A stretch of DNA of 64,000 nucleotides. Origin: Octopus bimaculoides (taxonomy: Eukaryota). The position numbers and the translations under genes are program-made. The notes under the pieces are model-generated. The model was given only the letters and a program-made list of their open reading frames with translations, did no database searches and was not told the origin of the DNA. The stretch is from assembly GCF_001194135.2 (NCBI RefSeq), contig NC_068981.1, forward strand, positions 79,494,202 through 79,558,201. Reading direction: 5' to 3'. The first letter of the stretch is position 1. Each line of letters begins with the position of its first letter. Shown here one piece after another: positions 51,385 to 64,000 of the stretch.

Positions 51385-53200
51385 TTCAAATTTTGACACA
51401 AGGCCAGCAATTTCAGGAGAGGAGGTAAGTCAACTCCAGTGACCAACCGGTATTTATTTCATCGACACCGAAAGGATGAAATGCAAAGTCAACATTTTTG
51501 AGGCCTGAAAAATGGGGGGAGGGGGAGATAGTCGATTACATCGGCCTCAATATTCAGTTGGTATTTAATTTATCGACTCCGAAAGGATGAAAGGCAAAGT
51601 CGACCTCGGTGGAATTTGAACTCGCTGAGCAATTTGCCTGGCGTGCTAACGATTCTGCCAGCACGTCGCCTTAGAGAGGAAAAAAATAATATTCTTTTCT
51701 ACTCTAGGCACAAGGCCCGCAATTTTGGGGGAGGGGGCCCAGTCAATTAGATCGACCCCAATATGCAACTGGCACTTAATTTATCAACCCTGAAAGGATG
51801 AAAGGCAAAGTCGACTTCGGCGGAATTTGAACTCAGAACGTAAAGACAGACGAAAGTTTATCATGAGGAAAGTTCACCGTGAGAAAAGTTTACCGAGAAA
51901 ATATATCCAAATTATCTCACCATTAATAGTTAAAAACTATTTTATTGAAAGAAGAAAAACGGTGAATTGATGACGGTGTACTTTCCTTGCGGTGAATTGA
52001 TGACAGTGAACGCACCGGACATGTTACTCAACTAAGTGCATAGCTCGGAGATCAGCGAGTCTCTCCAGGTCGAGTCGTTAGTTCTCCACATTGAGAGGTC
52101 TCAGTTCCAGTACTACGGACATGTGATTAGAATGTTGCAGGAAAGAATCGCAAGACGGATTCTTTAAGCCGAGTCAACTGGTAGGAGACAAAAGAGTTGA
52201 CCAAGAATGAGAAGGTTGGATAATATTCACAGTCTTTGTTGGTCAAGCTTAGGAATCTAGCCCGGAAAGTGTAATGACGGCTGCTTCTGATAGGAGCTTA
52301 TGGAGCAGGTGCCTGAAACCTGAAGACTCTACCCCAACAATTCTCTCAGAAATGTTGGGCGAAGAAGAAGAATGGATGCATAAAAATATCATTCATACTA
52401 AATTACTGGGTTTTTTTTTTCTTGTTTTTTTTTCATGTGTATTTTTAGATGCATCGTTAGCGTTCTCTACTTTTGATCTACTGGATAAGAACAACAGAAA
52501 GAGTTTGCTGTAACATTCTGTGTTTTTCCAAATTCTCTAAATTTAGTTGGAAAATGTACTGCTAAATATAGTCACAGAGCATTATTATTATTAATAATAA
52601 TATTATTATTCTCGTCTGTCCTTACGTTCTGAGTTGAAATTCCGCCGAGGTTGACTTTGCCTTTCATCCATTCGAGGTCGATAAAATAAGTTCCAGTTGA
52701 GTACTGCAGTCAATGTAATTGACTTACCTCCTTCCCCGAAATTACTGGCCTCGTGCCAAAATTAATATTATTAAGGCGATGAGCTGGCAGAATCGTTTGC
52801 ACGTTGGACGAATTGTTTTGCGGTATTTTGCCCGTCTCTACGTTCTGAGTTCAAATTCCGCTGTGGTCGACCTTGCTTTCACCCTTTCAAGGTCGATAAA
52901 TTAAGTTCCTGTGAAACATTTGGGTCGATGTAATCGACTAGTCCCGTTCCACCAAATTTCAGGCCTTGTGCCTATAGTAGAAAGGATTATTAAGGCGGTG
53001 AGCTGGTAGAATCGTTAGCACGCTGGGCTGAATGCTTAGCAGCATTTCGTCCGTCTTTACGTTCTGAGTTGAAATTTCACCGAGGTCGACTTTGCTTTTC
53101 ATCCTTTCGAGGTCGATAAAATAGGTACCAGTTGAGCACTGAGGTCGATGTAATCGACTTATCTCCTCCCACCAAATTGTTGGCCTTGTACCAAAATCTT
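51385..53200. mobile_element. Cluster of SINE family B copies, minus-oriented (51385-51860) and plus-oriented (52610-53200)
   Basis: Same core as 16578. Other copies at ~670-820, 2510-2730, 19955-20155, 40900-41065, 50250-50445 and 63300-63490. Confidence 0.8.
52045..52350 (+). mobile_element. RTE-clade LINE 3' fragment
   Basis: IERSQFQYYGHVIRM...RPRMRRLDNIHSLCWSSLGI...DRSLW corresponds to the RTE C-terminal RWFGHV...GRPR..W motif. Confidence 0.75.
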
Positions 53201-53701
53201 AAATCATTATTATATTATTTTTTTTAGAAGGTTTGTACACATTTTCCTGTTTATTTTTATGCATTTCCCCATCAGTGTGATCTATTTTCTGTTGCAATAT
53301 CTGATAGTGATACTTATTTACCTATTCTAGAAAGAATGCCAACTCGTAAAGATTCAAACATAAAAATTTCTACATAGATGCTTTTTCTGCAATAAAATAA
53401 TTCTTGCATAACATTTCAAATAATTTTCTGACGAAAATGTGTCGAGGTCAGGTTCAAGTATTACTTTCAACAATGATGAGTTTGGAAATAGTAATGATAA
53501 TCTATTTACTGGATTATTTGAAGGTTAAAGACCGAACGGTTCTTGCTGTTGTTGATAGGTTGCTTTCAACCCAGTCAAAATGCCAAATAGTGTATCAAAA
53601 AGTGAATAACATATATGAATTCCTTCACCAGGAATAGTGTTTATACATGGAGCGATTGATTGTAAAGAGGCCATCGAATCTAATCAAATCATATCCCGAA
53701 G

Positions 53702-54265
53702 GGATCTTGTTCAAAACGGGGGCACCGGTTTTCATTAATGTTTTATGTAGTGTTTTTGGTATCGAAAGACTTTCAAACTTCGTATACTTATCTATTTTGT
53801 GTTATAGAACAAAAAAAAATTTTTGTATTCGAATTTATTTCATGTAAAAAATTGTCTTATTTCGATAATTTCAACCAATCACTGACAAGTATTCAGCTGT
53901 TTATACTTACTCCTTTAGCAGTTTAAGCGGTGTAAAGCGTATTTAATCTCCATTTATAATTTCGTTAACATCTGCCTGAACTGTATGTGTANNNNNNNNN
54001 NATAATAATTTTATCACCGCCAGAACCGTTTGAGAATCGTTTGTTTACGTAGTCAGCACTTAATGTATTCGGCTGAATGGACGTCAGTCATTGGTTGAAA
54101 TTACAGAAATACGACAACTTTAACATGAAATAACTTGCGATGTACGTTTTTTTTGTTAAGAAGACTAAGAGAAAAAGATGTTTTATATGACACATTCTAC
54201 CAGTGTCCCAAGTTTCAAAGTGTTTCGTTGAGAAAATACTGGTGCCCCCGTTTTGAACAAGATCC
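53702..54265. mobile_element. Merlin-type MITE, copy 2 (variant TIR, no telomeric cassette visible)
   Basis: TIRs GGATCTTGTTCAAAACGGGGGCACC and complement; perfect 8-bp TSD tcccgaag (53694-53701 and 54266-54273). Body is homologous to copies 1 and 3. Confidence 0.8.
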
Positions 54266-54528
54266 TCCCGAAGAACTCAGAAAGTCTTAGCGAAAGAATT
54301 CGTGTAGTTTCCTGAACAGTTTAAAACTTAGCTTTTCATATTGGCGCCGAACAAGATATTTTAGAGTTTTACTGTTTTACCGTTTAATAGCTAACAGTAG
54401 GCTCAGGCGTGGCTGTGTGGTAAAGTTTGCTTCCCAGCCAGATGGTTCCAGGTTTAGTCCCACTGCGTTTCACCTTGGGCAAGTGTCTTCCACTACAGCC
54501 CTTTAGTGGATTTGGTGTGTGAAAACTG

Positions 54529-54568
<40 letters not shown>

Positions 54569-55678
54569 CTGTGCGTGTGTGTGTGTAGGAGATCGTTTTC
54601 CTCTGTTTAGCTGAAATTCGAAACCGAATCCATACACTTGTTGCTTGCGAGACGAATGTCTGATCCTTTGTGTCTGAACTCTATGCCAGAGGATTAATGA
54701 AAATAATCTGTCCTCAGTAACCGTANNNNNNNNNNNNNNNNNNNNNNNNNNNNNNNNNNNNNNNNNNNNNNNNNNNNNNNNNNNNNNNNNNNNNNNNNNN
54801 NNNNNTGTGTGTGTGTGTGTGTGTGTGTGTATCTGTGCGTGTGTGTGTGTAGGAGATCGTTTTCCTCTGTTTAGCTGAAATTCGAAACCGAATCCATACA
54901 CTTGTTGCTTGCGAGACGAATGTCTGATCCTTTGTGTCTGAACTCTATGCCAGAGGATTAATGAAAATAATCTGTCCTCAGTAACCGTAGTCGTAGAAAG
55001 GTCAATCCTTTGTTTTAGGTTTGACCAACTTCCTGGCTAAACCTTGTATAATCGAATGAAAAGTTTGCTTTTCTCTTTTCGGTTTTCAACCTGCTATATG
55101 ACGCACACACAGACATACATGTTAACCTATCAATAAAATCTTCTCTTAAACGTTCTACCCCGGTTGTGTCTCTCTTTCCCTTCTGGCACTTATACTCATT
55201 TATCCTTTTTCATATTTTATTTGTATCGACCATGCGCTGTACTAAAGGAGCCATTCTCGTCACCTCTCCTTCGTACGGTCGTTTACACATCTGCTGGCCG
55301 AATGGAAAGGGACAATGCGATTCTTACTCTTTCTTCCTCTCTGACAGTAGACCGTTAACTTGGTTTTCACACACAGCTTCCAACATACACTTAGAGCTCG
55401 CGACCAACTCACATTGTTGCCATTGTCACTTACTACGATTACTACTAAGTTTGTGTTACTGACCACTGCCGGCAAATAAAATCTGTAAATATTATTCTTT
55501 TCTCTTCGATGTTGCTTTTTCGCTGTTTTATCCTACTTTGACCATCTACATATAGCGACCCCAACGCGAAACAAGAATCCACATCAAGTAACTTCTCATC
55601 TGTACGCTACAATTGGTAACTCCGACGTAGAACCACATACGATTTCGCTGCACGCGCGCGCGCACACATATGTATGTA

Positions 55679-55715
<37 letters not shown>

Positions 55716-55871
55716 GGATAAGCAAGTTAGGCAAGTCGATATACAAAAACTATTAAATACATTGCCTAACTTACATTTACTCCTCTACCTGCTCAAGTTT
55801 AAATCTCTTGAACACTACGAAGTGAATTCTTTAAAGAGAATATATGACTCTCATCTATCTATCTATCTATC

Positions 55872-56439
55872 GGATCTATTTTAAAACGAGGGCCACATTT
55901 TTCATTAATGTTTTACGTAGTGTTTTTGGTACCGAAAGACTTTCAAACTTCGTATACTTATCTATTTTGTGTTATAGAACAGAAAAATATTTTTGTATTC
56001 GAATTTATTTCATGTAAAAAATTGTCTTATTTCGATAATTTCAACCAATCACTGACAAGTATTCAGTTGTTTATATTTACTCCTTTGGCTGATTAAGCGA
56101 TGTAAAGCGTATTTAATCTCCATACCTTCGTTTTATTTGCTTTTTTCATTTTAAATTTGCTTTAACCCTAACCCTAACCCTAGGGTTAGGGTTAGGGTTA
56201 ATTGTTTCAGAATCGTTTGTTTATGTAGTCGGCACTTAATGTATATCGGCTGAATGGACGTCAGTGATTGGTTGAAATTACAGAAATACGACAACTTTAG
56301 CATGGAATAACTTATGGATTTCTTTTTTTTTAAAGAAGACTAAGAGAAAAAGATGTTTTATATGACACATTCTACCAGTGTTCCAAGTTTCAAAGTGTTT
56401 CGTTAATGAAAAATGTGGCCCCCGTTTTAAAAAAGATCC
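55872..56439. mobile_element. Merlin-type MITE, copy 3, with perfect (TAACCC)3-TA-(GGGTTA)3 palindrome
   Basis: Same TIRs as copy 1; 8-bp TSD tatctatc inside a (TATC)n tract. Palindrome at 56163-56200. Confidence 0.8.
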
Positions 56440-56501
56440 TATCTATCTATCTACCTACCTACCTACCTATTTATCTATCTGTCTTTCTGTCTGTCTATAT
56501 A

Positions 56502-56910
56502 CACGAGATCTGATCAATAAGTATCCGGACTGTTGCCATAGAAACGAAGCTAAAGCACGCACAGTAAAACCACTTGAACTCTGCTGTGCATGCGCACTAA
56601 GTTTTAACGTTCTAGTTCACTTCTGCTTTTTACGGTAGTGCTTGGAAGGAACGTGTGTAGCGTATGATCGTCGCATTGACCATGGCAGAGATAGTTGTCA
56701 TGGCGATACCTGCTCAAAGGACTACTTAAAGTTGCAGAAAGTGTATGAGCCATACGCAAGTGTATGAGTAGGTCAGACGTTTCCAAGATGGCCGAAAAAA
56801 TGTCGATATTGATGAACGTTCTGGGAGACCCGCAACCAGCAGAACTGAGAAAAACATTGCAGATGTGCATGCAGCTGTGAGGGGAAATCGTAGTATCACC
56901 AAGAGAAGAG
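56502..56910 (+). mobile_element. 5' fragment of a mariner element
   Basis: TIR-like cacgagatctgatcaataagtatccggac, then RRFQDGRKNVDIDERSGRPATSRTEKNIADV (mariner HTH / SGRP linker). Confidence 0.8.
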
Positions 56911-59444
56911 AAGAAATCAGTTTTGCAATAAAATTTATATTCAACTAGTTTCGAATAACATCGAAATTGGATAAATTTCTTGTAGATTTTTCTCTTCGAT
57001 GATAACCTTTTAATGCTCATATGATACTTTGGTCACTCGGTTGAATTAACGACTGAGTGTTTTAAGGCAAGAAATTTCCTTTGTCGTTCCATCAAGAAAA
57101 ATCCTTTCTGTGTACCGTATAAATTGTCAACTCAGAAAGCAATTTTTCGTTTTTATTCAACAACTAAAAATAACTGTAGCCATCTATGCATTTACATTAG
57201 AACAGTATTGTTCAAGTAAGCTTTTGATACCTTTAAAACACCAAAAAGTTTTTACTTTCTACAATCACGAGAAACTTCTATTTTTGTCCGTTCATGTTTG
57301 CTCCGCAAAGAAATGGCACTCGCTATTTTGAAGATTTCAATCCTTTCGCATTTTCATTTTTAAACAAATAAATATACCAAAACGAGGTTCCTCCGAATTT
57401 TCACATGAGTAACCTCACTTGATATGGTACGCACCTCAGATCAGAGATCAGGTAATCGTTCCAGGTCGAGCTAATACCCCACTTTAAAAGGTCACAGCTC
57501 CGGTTCTACGGGCCTGATAGTTAACATTAAAAAAAAAAAAAAACCTGAAGTCATCTGTTGATGACACACTGCACCACCCTCTGTTCGTCTGTTTTGTCAG
57601 TACAACTTTAATAACTAACCATTCATTCCAAATTCAGATACCAGTATCATTTCCAGTGAATGTACACAGGGTGAGGAAATTCTAAACCGCTTCAGACAGG
57701 CTTCTGCATTTTTTAGAAACCTCAGGTTTTAGAAGTCTTTGGAAATAATCATGCAATCATCCATACCAAATGCTTTGTCTTATTGGTATTCTGTGATTCA
57801 AAGAAGACCACTTTGAAGAGAGGCAACTCTCCAATGTGAAAATAGCCTACTGCCATTCACTCTGGTGGTCTTACTATTTATTAGAGAGTGATTGAAGCTA
57901 TGGAGGAGAAATTCACTCATCACAAACAAAAGCAAGAAAAAGACATGTATACATTCAGATTTATACCTAATATCTCTAATCAAACACTCACATATCCTCT
58001 CTGCGATCGATACTATATCTCGAGGATTGTGACGTACGGTTTTCATTGGCCAAAAACTGAAGGAGAAAACGCCTAACATCAGACTCCATAAACAACCGTA
58101 AGCAAGTTTGTGTTATGTGAATATGTAAATATTCGAAATAGGAAAAGCCAATATTGATGCTGATAAATAAAATTTAAAATAACTTTGGTGAAATTACCTT
58201 TCAACAGCCTTAACCTGTTATACTTCTTTCCTGTGTTGACACAAACTAAATGAATGATTTACAATAATATCTATATTAAACATTGACTCTGTCTTCTTTC
58301 TAAATTATTTCAAAAACGATGCTTACAATACTGCTATGACATATCTGCAGTAAAAATTTATTTAATGTATGCTTAAAGCATCACAGTACAGAGTAAATGA
58401 GATGCCCATGTTCTTTGGGAAAGATTTTTTAACGCAAAATCTATCTAAAAATAAACAGGCAAACAAAAGCATTTTTATAACTTATGACTGATGTCTTACT
58501 CTAGCAAAATTATTAAGCTATTCTGGGTGACAGTCATTAGAAGGACAAACAACCAGCGGGAGATAATTGATCCACTGCTTATTACTGGCATTGCATTGTA
58601 TTCGAACTCTCAAATTACACAGACCGCCTAGTCGGAACGCGTCAGTGTTGAGTCAATTTGCTGTTGCAAGTAAGAACAGCATAAAATTGACAGCTTCCAG
58701 TGTTGAGTTAAAATACTTCAGTGTGTGTATGTAAACTATTCTCGTACTCGCTTTCAATATAGTCTTCTGGTCGTCTTGTCTCATTTTGACATTGTAAGTG
58801 ATCTCTGTTTCTGATTACAAAGTGTTTGTAATAGCTGCGGTGCATTCTGTTTTAAATTCATTACTAATAGACCCCGATTACATGCGGCATTTTCTTCAGT
58901 CGCGAACGATTCCTACTGCATAACTGCTATACTTCCGTTTCATCTATAAGAGTTGATACGTTTCCTAAAAGACACAATAATACAGAGAATGGAAGATGTC
59001 CGCTTCAACTTACAAGCAAAACCGGTCTACAAAATTGACTTGCTATGAGCATATCTCTCACCCTAGAATGTTCCCTCCGCCAGAGAAGTATTCTAAGCCA
59101 CAAAGTCACTAATGTATTTAACGAGAGTCCATATTGTTATTTAAGCCATCAGTAATGTCGTAGAGTGTCTCAGAGTTCTAAGGGACCGATGCTTGTTAGT
59201 GTATGCTGTAGCTTTTTATCAATAAATACAGTTCCAGTGTATAGATTTGCCTCGGGGTCTGTAAAGCTGTTAAGATGAACAATACCAGGAAAATATTTAT
59301 ATATCATCAATAGAATTTTGAAGTCATTCAAGTAAGAATCGAAATCGGTTCATAGAGTTTACCGCTTAATCAACAATTTTTCCTACTCTTTGTTCAATAT
59401 TTATTTTTAAAAATATATCAAAATTCTATTGACTATATATAAAT

Positions 59445-60078
59445 GTGGAGACGCAATGGCCCAGTGATTAGGGCAGCGGACTCGCGGTCATAGGATCGCG
59501 GTTTCGATTCCCAGACCGGGCGTTGTGAGTGTTTATTGAGCGAAAACACCTAAAGCTCCACGAGGCCCCGGTAGGGGATGGTGGCGAACCCTGCTGTACT
59601 CTTCCACCACAATTTTCTCTCATTCTTACTTCCTGTTTCTGTTGTGCCTGTAATTCAAAGGCTCAGCCTTGTCGCACTGTGTCACGCTGAATATCCCCGA
59701 GAACTACGTTAAGGGTACACGTGTCTGTGGAGTGTTCAGCCACTTGCACGTTAATTTCANNNNNNNNNNTTGTGAGTGTTTATTGAGCGAAAACACCTAA
59801 AGCTCCACGAGGCCCCGGTAGGGGATGGTGGCGAACCCTGCTGTACTCTTCCACCACAATTTTCTCTCATTCTTACTTCCTGTTTCTGTTGTGCCTGTAA
59901 TTCAAAGGCTCAGCCTTGTCGCACTGTGTCACGCTGAATATCCCCGAGAACTACGTTAAGGGTACACGTGTCTGTGGAGTGTTCAGCCACTTGCACGTTA
60001 ATTTCACGAGCAGACTGTTCCGTTGATCGGATCAACTGGAACCCTCGACGTCGTAAGCGACGGAGTGCCAACAACAAC
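59445..60078 (+). mobile_element. SINE family C; its middle ~240 bp is duplicated across an assembly gap
   Basis: Head at 59445 and (AAC)n tail. 59521-59759 is repeated at 59771-60005. Another copy lies at 30795-30945. Confidence 0.8.
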
Positions 60079-60649
60079 GTATATAAATATTTTCGTGCCA
60101 TTGCTCCAATTATCTCTAATACCTTACAATGGAAAATATATAGATTCAATGTCTGAGTTGTTTCTTTCCACACTCCGGTTTATTAATTCCCAGCTATTGA
60201 GCCTAATTTACTGACGGTGGAGTGCTGAAACTTCGAAGTCCCTGTAAAAGAAAATTAAAATATCTGACTCTATACTTGTAAGGAGTTCTATTTTCAGTTA
60301 ATGTTCGATGTTTTTGGTCATTCAAAAAAGAATCAATCGCATTTATCATACACATTGAAGCTTCATCTATCGGCGTTTTGTATCAAGTCTTTCTTACTTT
60401 AATCCTTTTAGAGCAGAGTTCGAAACATTCTTATGTTGGAAAGCCGCAATGAACAGTCATTTGTGAAATTCACGTGTGAAGAAAAAAATCTACAGCTCTA
60501 AGAAAATATAAAAGAGCTGCAGTTCAGGAATAAACAACTCCACTATAACTTTTTATCGAAAACTTTTTCCCCATAAAGAAAAAAAGACAATTGTTATTAC
60601 TTTAAACGATTACAAATGTAACATATATACATACATACATACATACATG

Positions 60650-61894
60650 GATGGATGGATAGGCTGAAAAGTTCAGAGGATAACTATGAAGGAGTAATGA
60701 TAGAGTTGTGAAATCTTGCATGCATTAATTTCGACCCTTCTTATTAATAATTGCATCGTTTCTTTCAAGGTGAACTGGCATCTGACTGTTCAAAAAAGAC
60801 TTCAAAAGTAACTAGTGGCGACTTCTCTTGAAAATGGACAAAATTTAGCATCGTAGTGTTATCAAGTACCTATAGAAAAAGAGTTAGCCCCCAAGGACAT
60901 TCATGCTGATATAGTTGCTACATTAGGGGGGGTGCTCCAGCTTTACCAACAAAACAAATGTGAGCAGCTGGATTTAGGAAGAGAAGCGAAATTCTTGAAG
61001 ATGACCTAAAGTCTAGACGTCCTGCAACTGCTACCATCGAGGAAAACATTGATCGTATTCACCCTGACAGCCGATTGGTAATAAATCAAATAGCCAATGC
61101 TATTAACATATACCGTAAGAGACTTGAGAAGATTCTGCACAAAGGATTAATGGATTTGCATGATGAAGGTTTCTGCCACGTCTTTTGACACCTGATGAAA
61201 AATTACCAGGCTGATCATTTCACGGGGAAATCTGAAATTGTTTGAGTCAGATCCAACCGGTTTCCTTTAATGTTTCCAAACCCAGGAGAGGTGTTGGCTT
61301 TATCACTTTGAGCCAGAGACAAAAACACAATCCATGCAAGTGGAAACACTCCTCCTTACCTGCACCAAAGAAGGCCAAGGTCGTTTCACTTTCAGGGAAG
61401 GTAGTTGCCTCAGTTTTTTAGTGGGGATGCAAAAGGCATGATGTTTATTGACTATCTTCAAAAGGGCCACACTATCAATGGAAAGTACTATGCCAAATTA
61501 CTGAGGCAGTTATAAAAGGCTATCAAGACCAGACGCTTAAGAAAACTGACGAAAGTGGTTTTGTTTCATCAGGACAATGCTCCAGTACATAAGCCCTTCG
61601 TTTCTGTGGCTGCTGTGCGTGACTGTGATTTTAAACTGGTTGATCACCCTCACAATTCTCTTGATTTTCACCAATTTCACAGTAACGATGATGTCATATT
61701 CGCTGTTGGTGATTTTTCCGACCAAGAGGATGACAGCGTCTTCACCAACGGGATCCAAGCACTGCAACAACTATGGAAGAAGTGTGTGAACTGCAAAGGG
61801 AGACTACGTTGAAAAATAAACCTCATTTGGACACATTCCATCAAAGTATCTTGGTCAGTTTGTCAGCCTATGAACTTTTCAACCGACCCTCGTA
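60650..61894 (+). mobile_element. Near full-length degenerate mariner transposon (pseudogenised transposase)
   Basis: Ends match (aggctgaaaagttca / tgaacttttcaaccgaccctcgTA). Peptides MDKI*HRSVIKYL, YHFEPETK, LFHQDNAPVHK and GIQALQQLWKKCVNCKGDYVEK*, with many stops. Confidence 0.9.
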
Positions 61895-61914
61895 CACACA
61901 CACACACGCACGCA

Positions 61915-61983
<69 letters not shown>

Positions 61984-62112
61984 GTTTAAAAACCCTTTTG
62001 AATATTTATGGCCTTTTATATTTTTAGATCTACAGTTAAAAAGGAATTATGTCACATTCTTTCGGAGTTTCTAAATTCATATGACGTTAACAGAGGAGAA
62101 AATCGTTAAGCG

Positions 62113-62348
62113 AGAATGCTAGATGTATATTTGTGCCTTGTTAGGCTTTGAGAATGGCATGTACCCACTGCCAGCCGCATGCTAACACAAAATCCGTTAC
62201 TACTGGAAGCAGTGATTGAAAATTCACTGATATTGCGATTAGCAACCCGACTGAATAAAAATTTTACGAATGTTGTTTTAGCATGCGGCTAGCAATGGAT
62301 ATATGCTAGTGAGAAACCCCAACGAGCCAAAAATGTACAGCTAGCATT
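62113..62348. mobile_element. Small fold-back MITE with ~85-bp imperfect arms
   Basis: gaatgctagatgta...gccagccgcatgctaacacaa versus ttgttttagcatgcggctagc...tgtacagctagcatt. Confidence 0.6.
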
Positions 62349-62481
62349 TTCACCGCCATTTTTCATATACTACTGATATAGTATTGTATTTTTAAACAGA
62401 GTGCGTCCATAGGGAATATTATACCCTGGACGAATATCGCCTTTCGCTATGTATGCGCCTATTGTTTGATGTACAAACTGG

Positions 62482-62523
<42 letters not shown>

Positions 62524-64000
62524 NNNNNNNNNNNNNNNNNNNNNNNNNNNNNNNNNNNNNNNNNNNNNNNNNNNNNNNNNNNNNNNNNNNNNNNNNNNNN
62601 NNNNNNNNNNNNNNNNNNNNNNNNNNNNNNNNNNNNNNNNNNNNNNNNNNNNNNNNNNNNNNNNNNNNNNNNNNNNNNNNNNNNNNNNNNNNNNNNNNNN
62701 NNNNNNNNNNNNNNNNNNNNNNNNNNNNNNNNNNNNNNNNNNNNNNNNNNNNNNNNNNNNNNNNNNNNNNNNNNNNNNNNNNNNNNNNNNNNNNNNNNNN
62801 NNNNNNNNNNNNNNNNNNNNNNNNNNNNNNNNNNNNNNNNNNNNNNNNNNNNNNNNNNNNNNNNNNNNNNNNNNNNNNNNNNNNNNNNNNNNNNNNNNNN
62901 NNNNNNNNNNNNNNNNNNNNNNNNNNNNNNNNNNNNNNNNNNNNNNNNNNNNNNNNNNNNNNNNNNNNNNNNNNNNNNNNNNNNNNNNNNNNNNNNNNNN
63001 NNNNNNNNNNNNNNNNNNNNNNNNNNNNNNNNNNNNNNNNNNNNNNNNNNNNNNNNNNNNNNNNNNNNNNNNNNNNNNNNNNNNNNNNNNNNNNNNNNNN
63101 NNNNNNNNNNNNNNNNNNNNNNNNNNNNNNNNNNNNNNNNNNNNNNNNNNNNNNNNNNNNNNNNNNNNNNNNNNNNNNNNNNNNNNNNNNNNNNNNNNNN
63201 NNNNNNNNNNNNNNNNNNNNNNNNNNNNNNNNNNNNNNNNNNNNATTAACTTAATTCCTTTTCCCCAAAACTGAAGCCTTTGTGCCTAAATTTGAAATCG
63301 AAAGCCGCGGACAAAATGCTTAATGGCATTTTCCCCAGTTTTAAGTTCAGAATTCAAATTGTACTGTAGTTGACATTGCCTTTCATCCTTTTGGGGTCGA
63401 TAAAATAAGTCCTAATTGAGCACTGGAATCGATGCAACTGACTAGCCGTCCCCTCAGAATTTCGGGTCTCGCGCCTGTTGTAGAAAAGAGGTGGAAGCTC
63501 GTTCAGAGGTGTGCATTCGTCTTTCAGTAATCCTTAGAGTGAACGGTAGTGCTGCAATTTAAATCACCATTACGACCGCTAAAGCAGTAGGATACGAAAC
63601 ATTCTGCAGCTCATCTTTGGGTTCTTTCCTAATGTTCTTCCGTTCCGTAATTACTCATATCGAAGATTAGCAGTTGACACACATGGAAAAATGACCAAAT
63701 AAATATAAGTCGTGGAAAACCCGAGATACATGGTAGCCAGAAATATGACAAATGCAAGTGCAAAGATGGGTTAACAACGTGACAAAAACATTCTCGATGT
63801 AGAAGAAAGATAAAAATCATGCCAGATTTATTAACTACATTTACATGAACTGTTGAGAAAATAGTCATCGATAAAATTTTTATATTGAAACTGTGTGCAA
63901 GTCAGAGTTCGTGTTGCAAGGGAAACAACTCTTACATTTATAGCTATATTGTTTCTGAAAAACTTAATTAACAAGTAAATAACGGGATCCGATGATTTCA

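Noticed and set aside
54503-54990. ~185-bp direct duplication
   Set aside because: Identical copies flank an N gap, typical of a scaffolding overlap artefact.
59445-59525. tRNA-Arg-like sequence (also 17545, 30795, 48880-48953)
   Set aside because: A and B boxes are present, but the acceptor stem does not pair and it continues into a SINE body.
59521-60005. ~240-bp direct duplication inside a SINE
   Set aside because: Identical copies flank a gap; assembly artefact.
20269-63274. Long ORFs containing X runs (e.g. 26920-27936, 62453-63274, 20269-20928)
   Set aside because: They are open only because they cross N gaps.

Overview
AT-rich, repeat-dense animal genomic DNA from a gapped draft assembly. 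The SINE, MITE and microsatellite landscape looks like an octopus or other coleoid cephalopod (inference). There is no prokaryotic operon or CRISPR array. Only one host coding exon is well supported: the first exon of an arginase on the minus strand (24492-24722). It encodes an acid-free, Arg-rich ~65-aa presequence followed by the arginase motif IGVIGVPLNKGQ and a GTAAG donor. No later arginase exon could be found, so bases 1-24491 appear to be a very long, CpG-decayed first intron. The rest is transposon debris: mariner, pogo/Tigger, Chapaev-like, Tx1/L1, CR1 and RTE fragments, several SINE families, and piggyBac-, hAT- and Merlin-type MITEs. The most interesting non-coding signals are (1) an intact type I hammerhead ribozyme fold at 29305-29379 (-) with further relics, (2) a Merlin-type MITE family carrying a palindromic (TAACCC)n-TA-(GGGTTA)n telomere cassette, (3) fold-back hairpins made from repeats, and (4) a clear CpG-decay contrast between repeat copies inside and outside the gene. 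All calls were made by eye, with no database search or folding run.
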